Shown: positions 1-10,068 of the stretch, in pieces
Numbering within the stretch: the first letter of the stretch is position 1
How the letters are laid out: the number at the start of each line of letters is the position of its first letter
DNA from: Cladosporium halotolerans
Taxonomy: Eukaryota
NCBI RefSeq assembly: GCF_011745625.1
Contig: NW_027191457.1
Span: 310,001-374,000, forward strand
Reading direction: 5' to 3'
DNA: 64,000 bases
The notes under the pieces: model-generated
What the model saw: only the letters and a program-made list of their open reading frames with translations
Told to the model about the DNA's origin: nothing
Databases searched by the model: none
Translations under genes and position numbers: made by a program

Positions 1-487
1 CCCGAAGCAGCTCTCTCGCCAATGCTCCTCCGAGGCCGGGAATACCTGCCCGCCAGCTCACCGCGCCAGACTTCTCAAAGTCAATGCAGCTGGGCATAGC
101 AGCTCTCGAGGCACAATCGCCAATTCTAAGGCCCCGTACGCCAGGGTCGACGCCTCTTATCAGCAGTCCGCTTAGCAGCCACGGTAAGACACCCTTTTGC
201 CCCCGAGTTGTGGTCAATCAAAGAATACTGACGTATCTTGCTCAGAGTTCACATTTCCAGAACCAGATGATGGTCGAGTATCAAGAGACTCAAGGCGGCC
301 GTGGGCTCGATCTCGCTCCAAGAGCGTCAGCACCGTGGCAAGCTCCAAGACCGCTAGAAGGGTCTTCGCGCATGCAGCCAGGGTCACAACGGACAAGGAG
401 GTAGACGTTATCGTTAACGAGCTTCACGAAGACACGACTAAGATAAAGAAGAAAGGGATTAGGGCATGGTTTGGATGGAAGAAGTAA
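1..487 (+). CDS. 3' end of a protein of unknown function (5'-partial)
   Basis: Intron 184-245 (GTAAGA...ACTGAC...CTCAG) joins the frame ...SSPLSSH to EFTFPEPDDGR...GIRAWFGWKK* (TAA at 485-487). Confidence 0.6.
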
Positions 488-1229
488 CGTGATCGGAGAA
501 CGCTACATAGGCGGATAAAGTGAGTGGAGGTCGTTTGATTCGCCTGGTGAAATCCCTTGTTCGTTAGCGATGAGTCCGATTTTCTTTCTGGCCAGCAAGT
601 CTTCGCGTTTTCTCCATGCAGCAACTGCACTAATAAGACATAATGTCTTAAGGTTGCAGCCTCACGTAAACTGAACCGTCCGACACACAGACAGGCTCGT
701 CTTCATCGCACATGTCGAATTCGGTCGTCCATTGTTCCACAAATCTTTGTTATTGATTCCATGATGAAAGAATATCACAGCATCAAACAACAGTCTTCTC
801 ATAATGATTGCAATCGGTCTGCGTGCTCTGCAAGCATTGTACCACAGCATCTAATTTATGTGGATCTCCCGCCATCCAGATCTTGACGAGCTGCACGAAG
901 CCGCGCTAGAGACGCCTGGATGCCGACCTAAACCCCATCAGTCTCTACAACCGAACTCAGGACCCCACCATGCCACCAACCTGCCGCCAAGGGCCAGCCT
1001 AGCGATGTTTTTTCTCGACAGCTATATTGCGCGCGAGAGCTTGTCTTGCGGCTCTGCTTTTGTTTCGATACCAACAAATGCTGTGATCAATTATTTGCTA
1101 CTGCGAGCGACTTCCTGGAGTCTTTGCGCTCGCTGCTGGTTGGAAAGGCTCCCGTAATAATTCTTTAACTGCGTTGCCGATAACCATCATTTACTGGATC
1201 CGAAGTCTGGCTGATTACTGCCCTCAGTC

Positions 1230-2510
1230 ATGTCAGCGAATGCAAGGGAAATCACCTCTTCGAGGGCGTCTCACGAGGACGATTCCGACATCCATCGCGC
1301 TGGAGTCATGGAACATTACAGCGTCCAACCTAAGGGCTCTTCCCATCACTCTTCCGTCGGCGAGTCCGCTGGCGAGGCTCGCCATGGTGCTGTTGAGCTC
1401 GTGGATTCGGATCCTAGCAACGGGGGCGATGGTCGAGCACCGGCTGGGACCGTCGCTGCTATCGAAGCCTCCAAGCCTGGCCGCTTCTCTTTCCTGCGGA
1501 CGAAGCAATTCTACATCGTCTTGCTGATTTCTCAAGCCCTTGCCGTGGCCATCACTGGAACGAACACGCTCTCGTCTCTCCTTGCGAACGAGGGTACGAG
1601 TATCCCGGCCTTCCAGACCCTGTTCAACTACATCTTGCTCACTCTGATCTACACGTCTTACACCCTGTACAAATACGGCTTCAAGGGCTGGTGCAAACTC
1701 ATTTGGAAAGACGGCTGGCGCTACTTCATTCTCGCCTTCTGCGACGTTGAAGGCAACTACTTCACCGTCCTCGCCTACCGTTACACGACCATCCTCTCCG
1801 CTCAGCTCATCAACTTCTGGGCCATCGCCGTCGTGGTCATCATCTCCCTGATCTTCCTCAAAGTCCGCTACCACATCGCGCAATACGCCGGCATACTCAT
1901 CTGCTGCGGCGGGCTCGGCATCCTCGTCGCCTCAGACCACATCTCCGGCTCCAACGGCGGCCAGGCGCTCGACGCCGTCAAAGGCGACCTGTTCGCGCTA
2001 CTCGGCGCGAGCCTGTACGGCTTCACGAACGTCTTCGAAGAGTTCCTCGTCTCCAAGCGGCCCATGTACGAAGTCCTCGGTCAGCTCTCCTTCTGGGCGA
2101 TCCCGATCAACGGCGTGCAAGCCGCGATTTTCGATCGCGCCTCGTTCCGCTCTGCCACTTGGAACTCGGCCGTCGGCGGCTACCTGACTGGTTACACGCT
2201 CATCCTGACCATTTTCTACTCCGGCGCGCCGATCGTGTTCAGAATGGCGTCCGCTGCGTTCTTCAACATCGGTCTGCTGACGGGCAATTTCTGGGGCGTC
2301 GTTGTCGGTGTCAAGGTGTTTGGCCTGACCATTCACTGGATGTACCCGATTGCGTTCGTGCTGATTATGGTGGGCCACTTTGTGTATTTTGGCACTGAGG
2401 GCGTGCTTGGTGAGGCGAGGAAGCCTTGGCTGGGCGAGAACCAGGAGGGCGGAAGTGATGGCATTGGTACCGCCAGGAGAAGGGTGGAGAACCCGAATGT
2501 GATGGTTTAA
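1230..2510 (+). CDS. SLC35F1/F2-like (DUF914) solute carrier, DMT superfamily
   Basis: Intronless 426-aa ORF with about 10 hydrophobic segments and family motifs DVEGNYFTVLAYRYTTILSAQL and GDLFALLGASLYGFTNVFEEFLV. Confidence 0.9.
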   Translation: MSANAREITSSRASHEDDSDIHRAGVMEHYSVQPKGSSHHSSVGESAGEARHGAVELVDSDPSNGGDGRAPAGTVAAIEASKPGRFSFLRTKQFYIVLLISQALAVAITGTNTLSSLLANEGTSIPAFQTLFNYILLTLIYTSYTLYKYGFKGWCKLIWKDGWRYFILAFCDVEGNYFTVLAYRYTTILSAQLINFWAIAVVVIISLIFLKVRYHIAQYAGILICCGGLGILVASDHISGSNGGQALDAVKGDLFALLGASLYGFTNVFEEFLVSKRPMYEVLGQLSFWAIPINGVQAAIFDRASFRSATWNSAVGGYLTGYTLILTIFYSGAPIVFRMASAAFFNIGLLTGNFWGVVVGVKVFGLTIHWMYPIAFVLIMVGHFVYFGTEGVLGEARKPWLGENQEGGSDGIGTARRRVENPNVMV

Positions 2511-2668
2511 TTTTCGAACTCGGGGTTGCTAGTGGCAATTGCACGATTGACAACGCGAGCAAACGAAGTCATGCTTACGACACGAACATACAGGATATGG
2601 CGCGTTGAACTCTCTGCGATTTGCACACCATTCATCTGAACAAGTGAATGAAACGATTGCTACGTACT

Positions 2669-4186
2669 CTAAAGGTTATAGACGAAGCCCAACGCCTTGT
2701 CGCCTTCTTTCCCATTACTCTCGACTCCCGCCTCCCTCAACCTCTCCTTCTCAGCATTCCGCGACCGCAAAGCCCACCACATGCCCACCACACATGCGAG
2801 CGCAAGGAACTCAGTCGCGGCGCTGACCGCATTGCCAACCAGATACCGCGGCGCGTCCGCCGAAGGGTAGATGTTCGACGACGCAATGCCCGAGATGTTT
2901 CCCAGACAAATGAACAGCGGCACGCCGACGCTCCGCTTGTAGTCCGGCGCCAGGTTGTTCGACACCCACGTCAGCAGCAAGCAGTTGAAGGCATAGATTC
3001 CACCACCGCAGAGGAACATCGCGGCGTAGCCCGCCGCATGGTTCGCGGTGCTGCACGCGATGATGTAGCCCACGATGACTGGCACAGGCATCACGAGCAG
3101 CACGGGCACGCGTCGCTTGAGCCAGTCTGACGTGCAGGTCGCGGTCGCCAACGTGATGGTCGCGAGCACGTAGACCGGGATTGTGAGGTAGTTGGCTTGC
3201 AGCGAGGTGTAGCCGAGGCCCTTGATGATTGTTGGCAAGAAGGTGCCGAAGCCGAAGAGCGGGATCGAGCAGCAGAAGAGGCAGATGGCGGCGAGGTAGA
3301 CGTTGACGTCTGTGAGGGCCATTTTGGTGTATTTAAGCGGGTTCTCGTCGTTGCCTCGGTGGGCGATGTCGCGGTGTTTGCGGGCTCGCATCATCTGTTT
3401 CTCTTCGGCGTTGAGGAACCAGGCATCTTCGGCGGTGTTGGGCAGTAGCAACCAGCAGATCCCGCACAGCCCGATTGAGGCGGCACCTTCGATGATGAAT
3501 AGCCATCGCCAGGCTTCAAGGCCTAGGCGAGTTCCCATGCTTTCAATGGCGAAAGCAATGAGACCTCCAAATGCGCCGGATAAGCAGTTACAGCCGTAGA
3601 TGATGGCGTTCCGTTTCGCCTGATCCTCTCTGGCCCAGATGGTCGAGATGATGAAGACTATGCAAGGGACCAGGCCAGCTTCGAATGCGCCTAGAAGCAC
3701 TCTGAGAGCTATCGCTTGACCGTAGTTGTGCATGAATCCGGTACACATCGTGATGACGCTCCAGGATACCATCGCGACACCAAGGACATGTTTGGCGCCA
3801 TACCTTTTGACGGCCATTGTCCACGGTGTCTCCAGCACAACATAGGCTGGATAGAAGCAGGTCGAGATGACGTTGAATTGGTTCCCTTTGAGTCCCAAGC
3901 CATCTTCGAAGCCGAACACTTTCGCATTGCCTGATGGATCGAGTGTCAGCGTGTGTTCGTATGGGATCGCCGAATTGTTCGCAAGCGCACCTAAATTGGA
4001 CCTGTCTAGATAGGCGAGCAGAAGGATAATCGTCAACGGCGGCAGCAAGTACTTGTCGAACTTGCGTAGCGTGCGTCGTTCTAATACGGGATCAAGCTCA
4101 ATTGCAACTTCTTGGATGACGCCCGGTGATACATCGCTGGTAGAAGTGTTCGAACTATCGATCTTGATCTCTGATTTCGACATCAT
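2669..4186 (-). CDS. MFS transporter, Dal5/Tna1 (allantoate/nicotinate permease) type
   Basis: Motifs YLDRSNLGNAK, RVLLGAFEAGLVP, AWRWLFIIEG and DAPRYLVG. One 60-nt in-frame intron at 3931-3990 (GTGCGC...GCTGAC...CAG). Confidence 0.9.
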   Translation of the reverse strand: MMSKSEIKIDSSNTSTSDVSPGVIQEVAIELDPVLERRTLRKFDKYLLPPLTIILLLAYLDRSNLGALANNSAIPYEHTLTLDPSGNAKVFGFEDGLGLKGNQFNVISTCFYPAYVVLETPWTMAVKRYGAKHVLGVAMVSWSVITMCTGFMHNYGQAIALRVLLGAFEAGLVPCIVFIISTIWAREDQAKRNAIIYGCNCLSGAFGGLIAFAIESMGTRLGLEAWRWLFIIEGAASIGLCGICWLLLPNTAEDAWFLNAEEKQMMRARKHRDIAHRGNDENPLKYTKMALTDVNVYLAAICLFCCSIPLFGFGTFLPTIIKGLGYTSLQANYLTIPVYVLATITLATATCTSDWLKRRVPVLLVMPVPVIVGYIIACSTANHAAGYAAMFLCGGGIYAFNCLLLTWVSNNLAPDYKRSVGVPLFICLGNISGIASSNIYPSADAPRYLVGNAVSAATEFLALACVVGMWWALRSRNAEKERLREAGVESNGKEGDKALGFVYNL

Positions 4187-4806
4187 GATATCAACAAAAG
4201 CTCGAGAATTGGCTCAAGGACGGTGCGGGATCATCGGTGAAGGCGAGCATTATAAACCCATCTTCTGTTTAGTCGGGTGAGCACGTGTTCCCGTTTCCTG
4301 CCGCATGAGGATTTGAATGTGGATCTGATGCACATGGCTTGATAAGACTAATGTTGCAGCAATATCGTGATAGACACGCAGACACATGCCGTTTTGGGCG
4401 ATCTTTCTGGAGTAATGGATTGCTAAACGGTTGATCACTATCGGCTTATCAAGATAGCAGATCCCGACGAGTTGGCCGATTGAACGATTGCAAGTTCCGC
4501 ATCAACGCAAAAAGCTGGGGATGCTTGGCTGACAGGCGCTTGACTCTTGCTTGGCCTTTTCTTATGTTGTATAGAAACTCGAACGAGCCTGACTCCATCG
4601 TCGTGCGACGAACGTCGCAGACGGCTCTGGCATACTGATATTGTGCGGCAAATATGGGTAGCCTATCTGCGATGGAACTTGAGAACACGCTCCTGATCTT
4701 TCATTTCCAATAATGGCGGGCAAATGGGAACTCGAACCTCTGCTATAAGCTGGACTGTGCTCGTATCTAAGACATTACAGATGTTCCCGGTAAATGGAAA
4801 CCAACA

Positions 4807-6487
4807 TCACCACGAGATCGGAACGGGCGTGTTTGCCACCCATCGCTTGTCGACATCCGATCGCGACAGCCAGACGACATCATCACCGACCCTTTGGTAG
4901 AAGATCCACAGAACAGAGAGGATCTGTACGGCATCCATACGCGTTGCTGGAAGTCCGGAAAACGTAGGCGCGGGCGAGATGTCCAGGTCGGAGCTGCGCG
5001 TGTTGTTACCGCCCCACGTCACGCCAACGACTCTCACCTGGTTGGTTGAGTTGTCTTGGAAGACAATGTAGTCGGCTGTGATGGAGATTGACGACGCGGA
5101 TTGGACGCCGTCGACTTTGAATGCCGCTAGGGGAACAGTCAGTCACGAAGCGAACAGATTAGGCGGTGAATTAATTACCTTCCTGCCAGTTCGACAAGTC
5201 GTCGCCCGCTGTGCGCTGGTACCAGAACTCGATCTGGTTGTTCAAAGTTACCAGTCCGAGGTGTGTGTTTGATCCATCGCCGTCTCGACAGCCGACGTTT
5301 GCGGCTCCGTCGTAGTCCTTCCAGCTGTTTTGCCAGACCCAATTATCCTCGTCGGCCCACAAGAGATATTCCTGGATTGTCGTCGCGTTGGAGGCGTAGA
5401 ACAGCCGGACTGGGACACTCGTATTGATACAGCTCCAGCAAGCCTTCAGTCCGACCAAATCAGCCCCCCACGCCCTTAATCCGGCCCTGTAGATCGATCC
5501 CTCTGTCCAGCCCTCGGTTGTGTTCTCGCTGTTGCTAGATCGTTGCCGAACGAGGTTGTCGGAATCGATATCTGATCAAACTGTTAGCAAGTCTCGCGAA
5601 CACGTCTCGCGCAAGCGTGCTGCTCCGCAGGACGGCATTTGGGGGTTTACGGCGACTCACAGAATACATTCCAGTAGCTCGTCCCATTCAGCATGTACTG
5701 CACCCCGGATATCGGCGTGCTGTTCCTGACGTCCGTGGCGACCACCAGCGAGCTCTGCGGCCCTTCTACCCATTGTGTATCCGACTTCATGCGCATCCAT
5801 CGGATCTCACCCGAATAGCGCTGGAAGTACACCACGTTGCTGTGATTGTTTTCCGTCGGCAGGCCGTCCAGATCCTGAGACAGGTTTTGCCATATATGGG
5901 CGACTCCAGAGCCGTTCCAGGCGCCTGACCTCGAGTAGAATGAGGGATCGATACTGCCACCAATTTGGAGCGGCTCACTGCCCGTCGGTGTAGCTGAAGG
6001 CTCGAGCGTCGAAGAGGAGGTGGTGTCAGGGGCAGGTGATGTTACGGATGGCTCACTGGATGATCCCGAAGTGAAACCTACGCCTAGGCCTACTGCGAGC
6101 GCTACCACAAGGATCACCATGGTTGCAAATACCCAGAACAACTTTCGTCTCATGCCACATATTCGAGGATTGGTGGTTGAAGGTTGTACCGGCTAATGTC
6201 GGCCGTTGCAATGATCGCATGGGCTCTCCGAAAGCCCTGTCAGATTGCACGACCTCCTTCCATTCCTGGTTGATGACTACTTTGTCACCTTCTTCGAGGC
6301 CGTTGACAGACTGCTTGTCGGTTTCGCTGGCCGGTGCAACCTCCAGTCCAGCCTGGGTGGAGGGGTCGAGCAGTGCCGGCGGCATGGCCTCTTGTTGCTC
6401 GGGGCGGGTGTTCATCTCGACAGGTGTGGTGTGTTGTTGAGGGCAGTCACTCTTACCCGATGGCAAAATGAAGGTGTTGGACGGCAA
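4807..6487 (-). CDS. Single-pass membrane protein with an extracellular fungal fucose-lectin-like beta-propeller (5' structure uncertain)
   Basis: RICGMRRKLFW followed by the TM segment VVALAVGLGVG, an S/T/P linker and W-rich repeats (VYFQRYSGEIR, RLFYASNATTIQEY, WIFYQ). Introns at about 5572-5660 and 5126-5178. There is a frame break near 6193-6250. Confidence 0.55.
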
Positions 6488-7118
6488 AGACAGATTGTTC
6501 CACAGTAATATTCATTGGCCCAGCCAGGACAATTGCCTGGGAAAGGTCTTGACATGACATTAAGACCCTGGCCGCTTGAGGCTGGACACCCGTTTATATT
6601 GGCAGACCGTTACACTGCCTCATCCTTCATCAGGTGCCCAAGTCGCTAATGTGGTGGCAAAGACGCATGTTCTCAGCTGGTGATCGACCGGTGTAGACGT
6701 GCGCGGGGTGAGAGCCTGACGATTGGCACAGTGCGTGCACGATAGATTGGCTGTCTGCCGTGCGTGCAGCGTGCTTCGCCAATGCAGCGGCATGGTTGAT
6801 GTCATTTGGGCGGTACGACGTTCCTAACGACATGTGAGAGCAAACCATCTATGCGCTCCATCGTCAAGGTTGTGCAGTGGGATATATGTACACGACTTTC
6901 AAGCCATCGACGGCCCCGCATGTCGTGGGCGAGATGATTATCTAGGATCAGGTCAATGATGAAGCAGTTAGCGAGCACATTTCGATATCAATGAAATTAA
7001 ATTTCGATTTGCAATCTCGCGTCATGTTTCCAAAGACACTTGGAGTGCATAAAATGAAGCAGCACACCCTCCCAAATCGCAGTCCAGCTTTGTAACAACA
7101 TACTCCGTCCATCGCAGC

Positions 7119-8966
7119 CTACTCGTCGTCCTGCATATCGACGACGGTCTTCTTCCACTGGCGCGCGGGCACCTTGCGCTTGAACAGGATGTCGATCTCG
7201 CGGTACGAGCGGCCCTTCATCTCCGGCAGGTAGAAGTACGCGACCACCAGGCAGATGAAGGCCGTGCCGCCCCAGACGTAGCCGCACTTGCCGCCGAGGT
7301 TGCCGCCCTGTATTTGGTCAGTAGAGATTCACCTAACATCGATGAGGAAGAAGAGGCGGTTTGGCTTACAGTAGGGTTGAGCATGTAGCTCGCGAGGAAG
7401 ATGCAGGGAATGTTGACGATGTAGTAGCAGCCGCGGCCGATACCGGTGGTGAGAGGACGCAGGCGGATGGAGGAGGTCTCGCCGATGATGACCCAGGAGG
7501 CAGGCGCCGGGCCAAGTGTGAAGAGGACGGAGACGATGAGGCCGAGCGAGGCCTGCGCGAGGGAGGCGGCGGTCGAAACGCCGAAGGAGGCCGCGATACC
7601 GAGGACGATGAGCAGGGCGCAGTTGATGGCGGAGCCCCAGACGTAGATCGTGCGACGGCCGAGGTACGTGGTGAGGATCCAGGAGAGCATGACGAAGATG
7701 GTCTGCAGGGCGGAGGTGATCAGACCAAGGGCGAAAGCCGTGTCGGTGTCCATGCCAGCCTCTGTGGTTCGAGTTAGCATGGCGTTCTTCAATGATAGAG
7801 AAACTGGTAGATGAGACTTACGCTTGAAAAAGTAGACGGCTTGGTTGGCAATGAGGTTGCCCGTCAAGTTTTGGGCAGCGTAAACACCGCAGACAATAGC
7901 AGTACGGTAGAGATCAGTGCCCTTGAACAGCTCCAGGTGGTTGGGCTCCTTAACATCCTTCTCGAGCTCGATAGTGCGGCGCATCATTGCCACAGACTCG
8001 TGAGTATTCTGCACAAGCGTCTTGCGGCCGAGACGTGCGACGGAGCGCGCCGCGTCTTCGAAACGTCCCTTGCGGGTCAACCACCAAGGAGATTCAGGCG
8101 CGATCCACATGAGGATAGCGAGCGGGGTGGGGAACATCCATTGAAGAGCAATAGGGATCCTGGAGTCGATGTCAGCTGAGATTAGTTGGTTGTCATTCGG
8201 AGAAGCGCATACCTGTACGCGGCGTCTGCTTCCAACTGGTTGTAACGGTAGGTAACACCACCCACAATGATGGCTCCGATAGCCCAGAACATCTGCAACA
8301 TCTGTGTCGCAGGGGCTCTCAGCGGAATGGGGACGATCTCGGAACAGTAGGCAGGTGCGTTGGCGATGAAGACACCCCAGGGCACGCCCTCGAGAAGCTG
8401 AGAGGCAAGCATGACCGGCAGCGAGTTTGCGAAGTAGAACACAAAGATGAAAGCATTCAAAAACATCAGAGCACCGATGGTAGCCCAACGGTAACCGATC
8501 CTGCTCGTGATGGGGCCAGCAATGCAGACGCCAATGATCGCACCGACGGGTCCGCCCATCTGGAGTGCCGATTGCCACTTGGTTTCGACGACCCATTTTT
8601 GGTCCGCGGCGCTCCAGATACCGTAATCTTCCTCGAAGGCTGGAAGGGCGATGAAGTTGCCCATCAAGAAGACACAGTAGGATTCCATGATCTGTCAGTG
8701 ATGTCAGCGTGAATTCTTCCTTCGCCAACATGGATATGCAGGGAAGTGCTCACAATTGTGCAAGACATGATGAAAGCCCACATGGAAGCCATTGGGTACG
8801 CTCGAACGGCCTCTAGCACTCCCAATCGGTGTTCCGCCTGCTCTGCTTCGATGGCATCGGCCTTGAAGTCCGAGGCCTTCGCCTTCTCGTCGAGATCGTA
8901 TGCATGCTCGATGTGGGCATCAGGGCCCTTGGAGGTGACATGCGACTCTGGATCGACGTTGCTCAT
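7119..8966 (-). CDS. MFS sugar porter, alpha-glucoside/maltose permease (MAL11/MAL31-like)
   Basis: Five exons with GT-AG introns (about 8692-8752, 8160-8211, 7763-7821, 7308-7370). Motifs AYCSEIVP, APESPWWL, GETSSIRLR and PEMKGRSYREIDILF. Ends VVDMQDDE* (TAG at 7119-7121). Confidence 0.9.
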
Positions 8967-9048
8967 GATGGCGGATGGTGTCCCAATGGATGTGATGTTG
9001 AAGGGGATGCCCGAGCGAGCCGTCTAACGCAGTAGGCCAGACGCAAGC

Positions 9049-9298
9049 ACTTATATCCTGCAACCGCTCCAGCATCCATACAACCGCTCCCCCAGAGATG
9101 GAAATTACACTCTGGCGCTAGCCCAGATACTCCGCTGGTTTCCTGCGACCTGATTCGCCGGCCGCCTATACCAAGACCCACGGCATTTAGGCATGTGGGT
9201 GTCGCTTCGACCGCTCGCCAGCCGCACGACCAGGTCTCGCCCCCAAAAGAAAGTCTGGGCACCCCGCGGCTAACCCACAAACGCCCACAAAACCCCAG
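9049..9298 (-). promoter_or_regulatory. Putative TATA element plus five CreA/Mig1-type SYGGRG sites upstream of the sugar porter
   Basis: TATAAG near 9050-9055 on the minus strand. SYGGRG at 9067, 9090, 9130, 9262 and 9293, all on the minus strand. Confidence 0.4.
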
Positions 9299-10068
9299 AA
9301 CTCAACGCCACCCCATCCGGGGATGCCGCCCACATGCCGGTCTTCACCATCCTCGGGCCCAAATTACCCGGCGCCTCTGCGCGCGTCGCTGAGGTCCGGG
9401 CGATCACCACCCGCCTGCTATCGTGCCGTCGCACTAACGCCCACCGAATGCCCAGAGGACGACGACGCCTCGAAAGCCTCTTTGCGCTGATGAGAGGGGC
9501 TCGACGAGACGAGACACTCACACAGCTCAAGACGGCCCAGCGGATGGCGTTCTGAACGCTGACAACGAGCGTCACAACAGCTCCGGCAAAATTGAACGAA
9601 GCCCGAGACGGGATGGCGGCTGCTCTCGAGACAGACTCGATAGGCTTCCTTGGTAAGGGCGGCGGCGGGATGCTTGACGGCAGCAGCTCGCAGCGGCGAC
9701 GAAGCGTGCGGCGCCGCCAAGCTCCACCAGCAGATCACGCGGCGCGCGGGCGACGAATGTTTCGCGCGGCCTGCGGGTCCCCTCACGTGGCACTAACGGC
9801 TTGGAAGACGCGCTTAGCAGGAGCCCAAGGCTGGTCATTACGCGCTCTAACGGAGACAAGGCTAGCAGGCGGGCGTATACGAAGCTTTAGATGAGAGGCC
9901 ATGTGTTTAGACTGGGTACAACGAGACCCGCTGAGGTCTAGAGTATCATTCCGCGACGGTCAATGGCAGGGGTTCATGCACGAGCGAGTATTAAGCGAGT
10001 GAGCACGCTTTCTATTATATTACCGTAAGGCGGCCGTAGCGAGCAAGCTCCCGTCATATCATCCTCCT

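Noticed and set aside
634..650. Perfect palindrome TAAGACAT-A-ATGTCTTA
   Set aside because: It is short and isolated, with no TSD or other support, and is compatible with chance.
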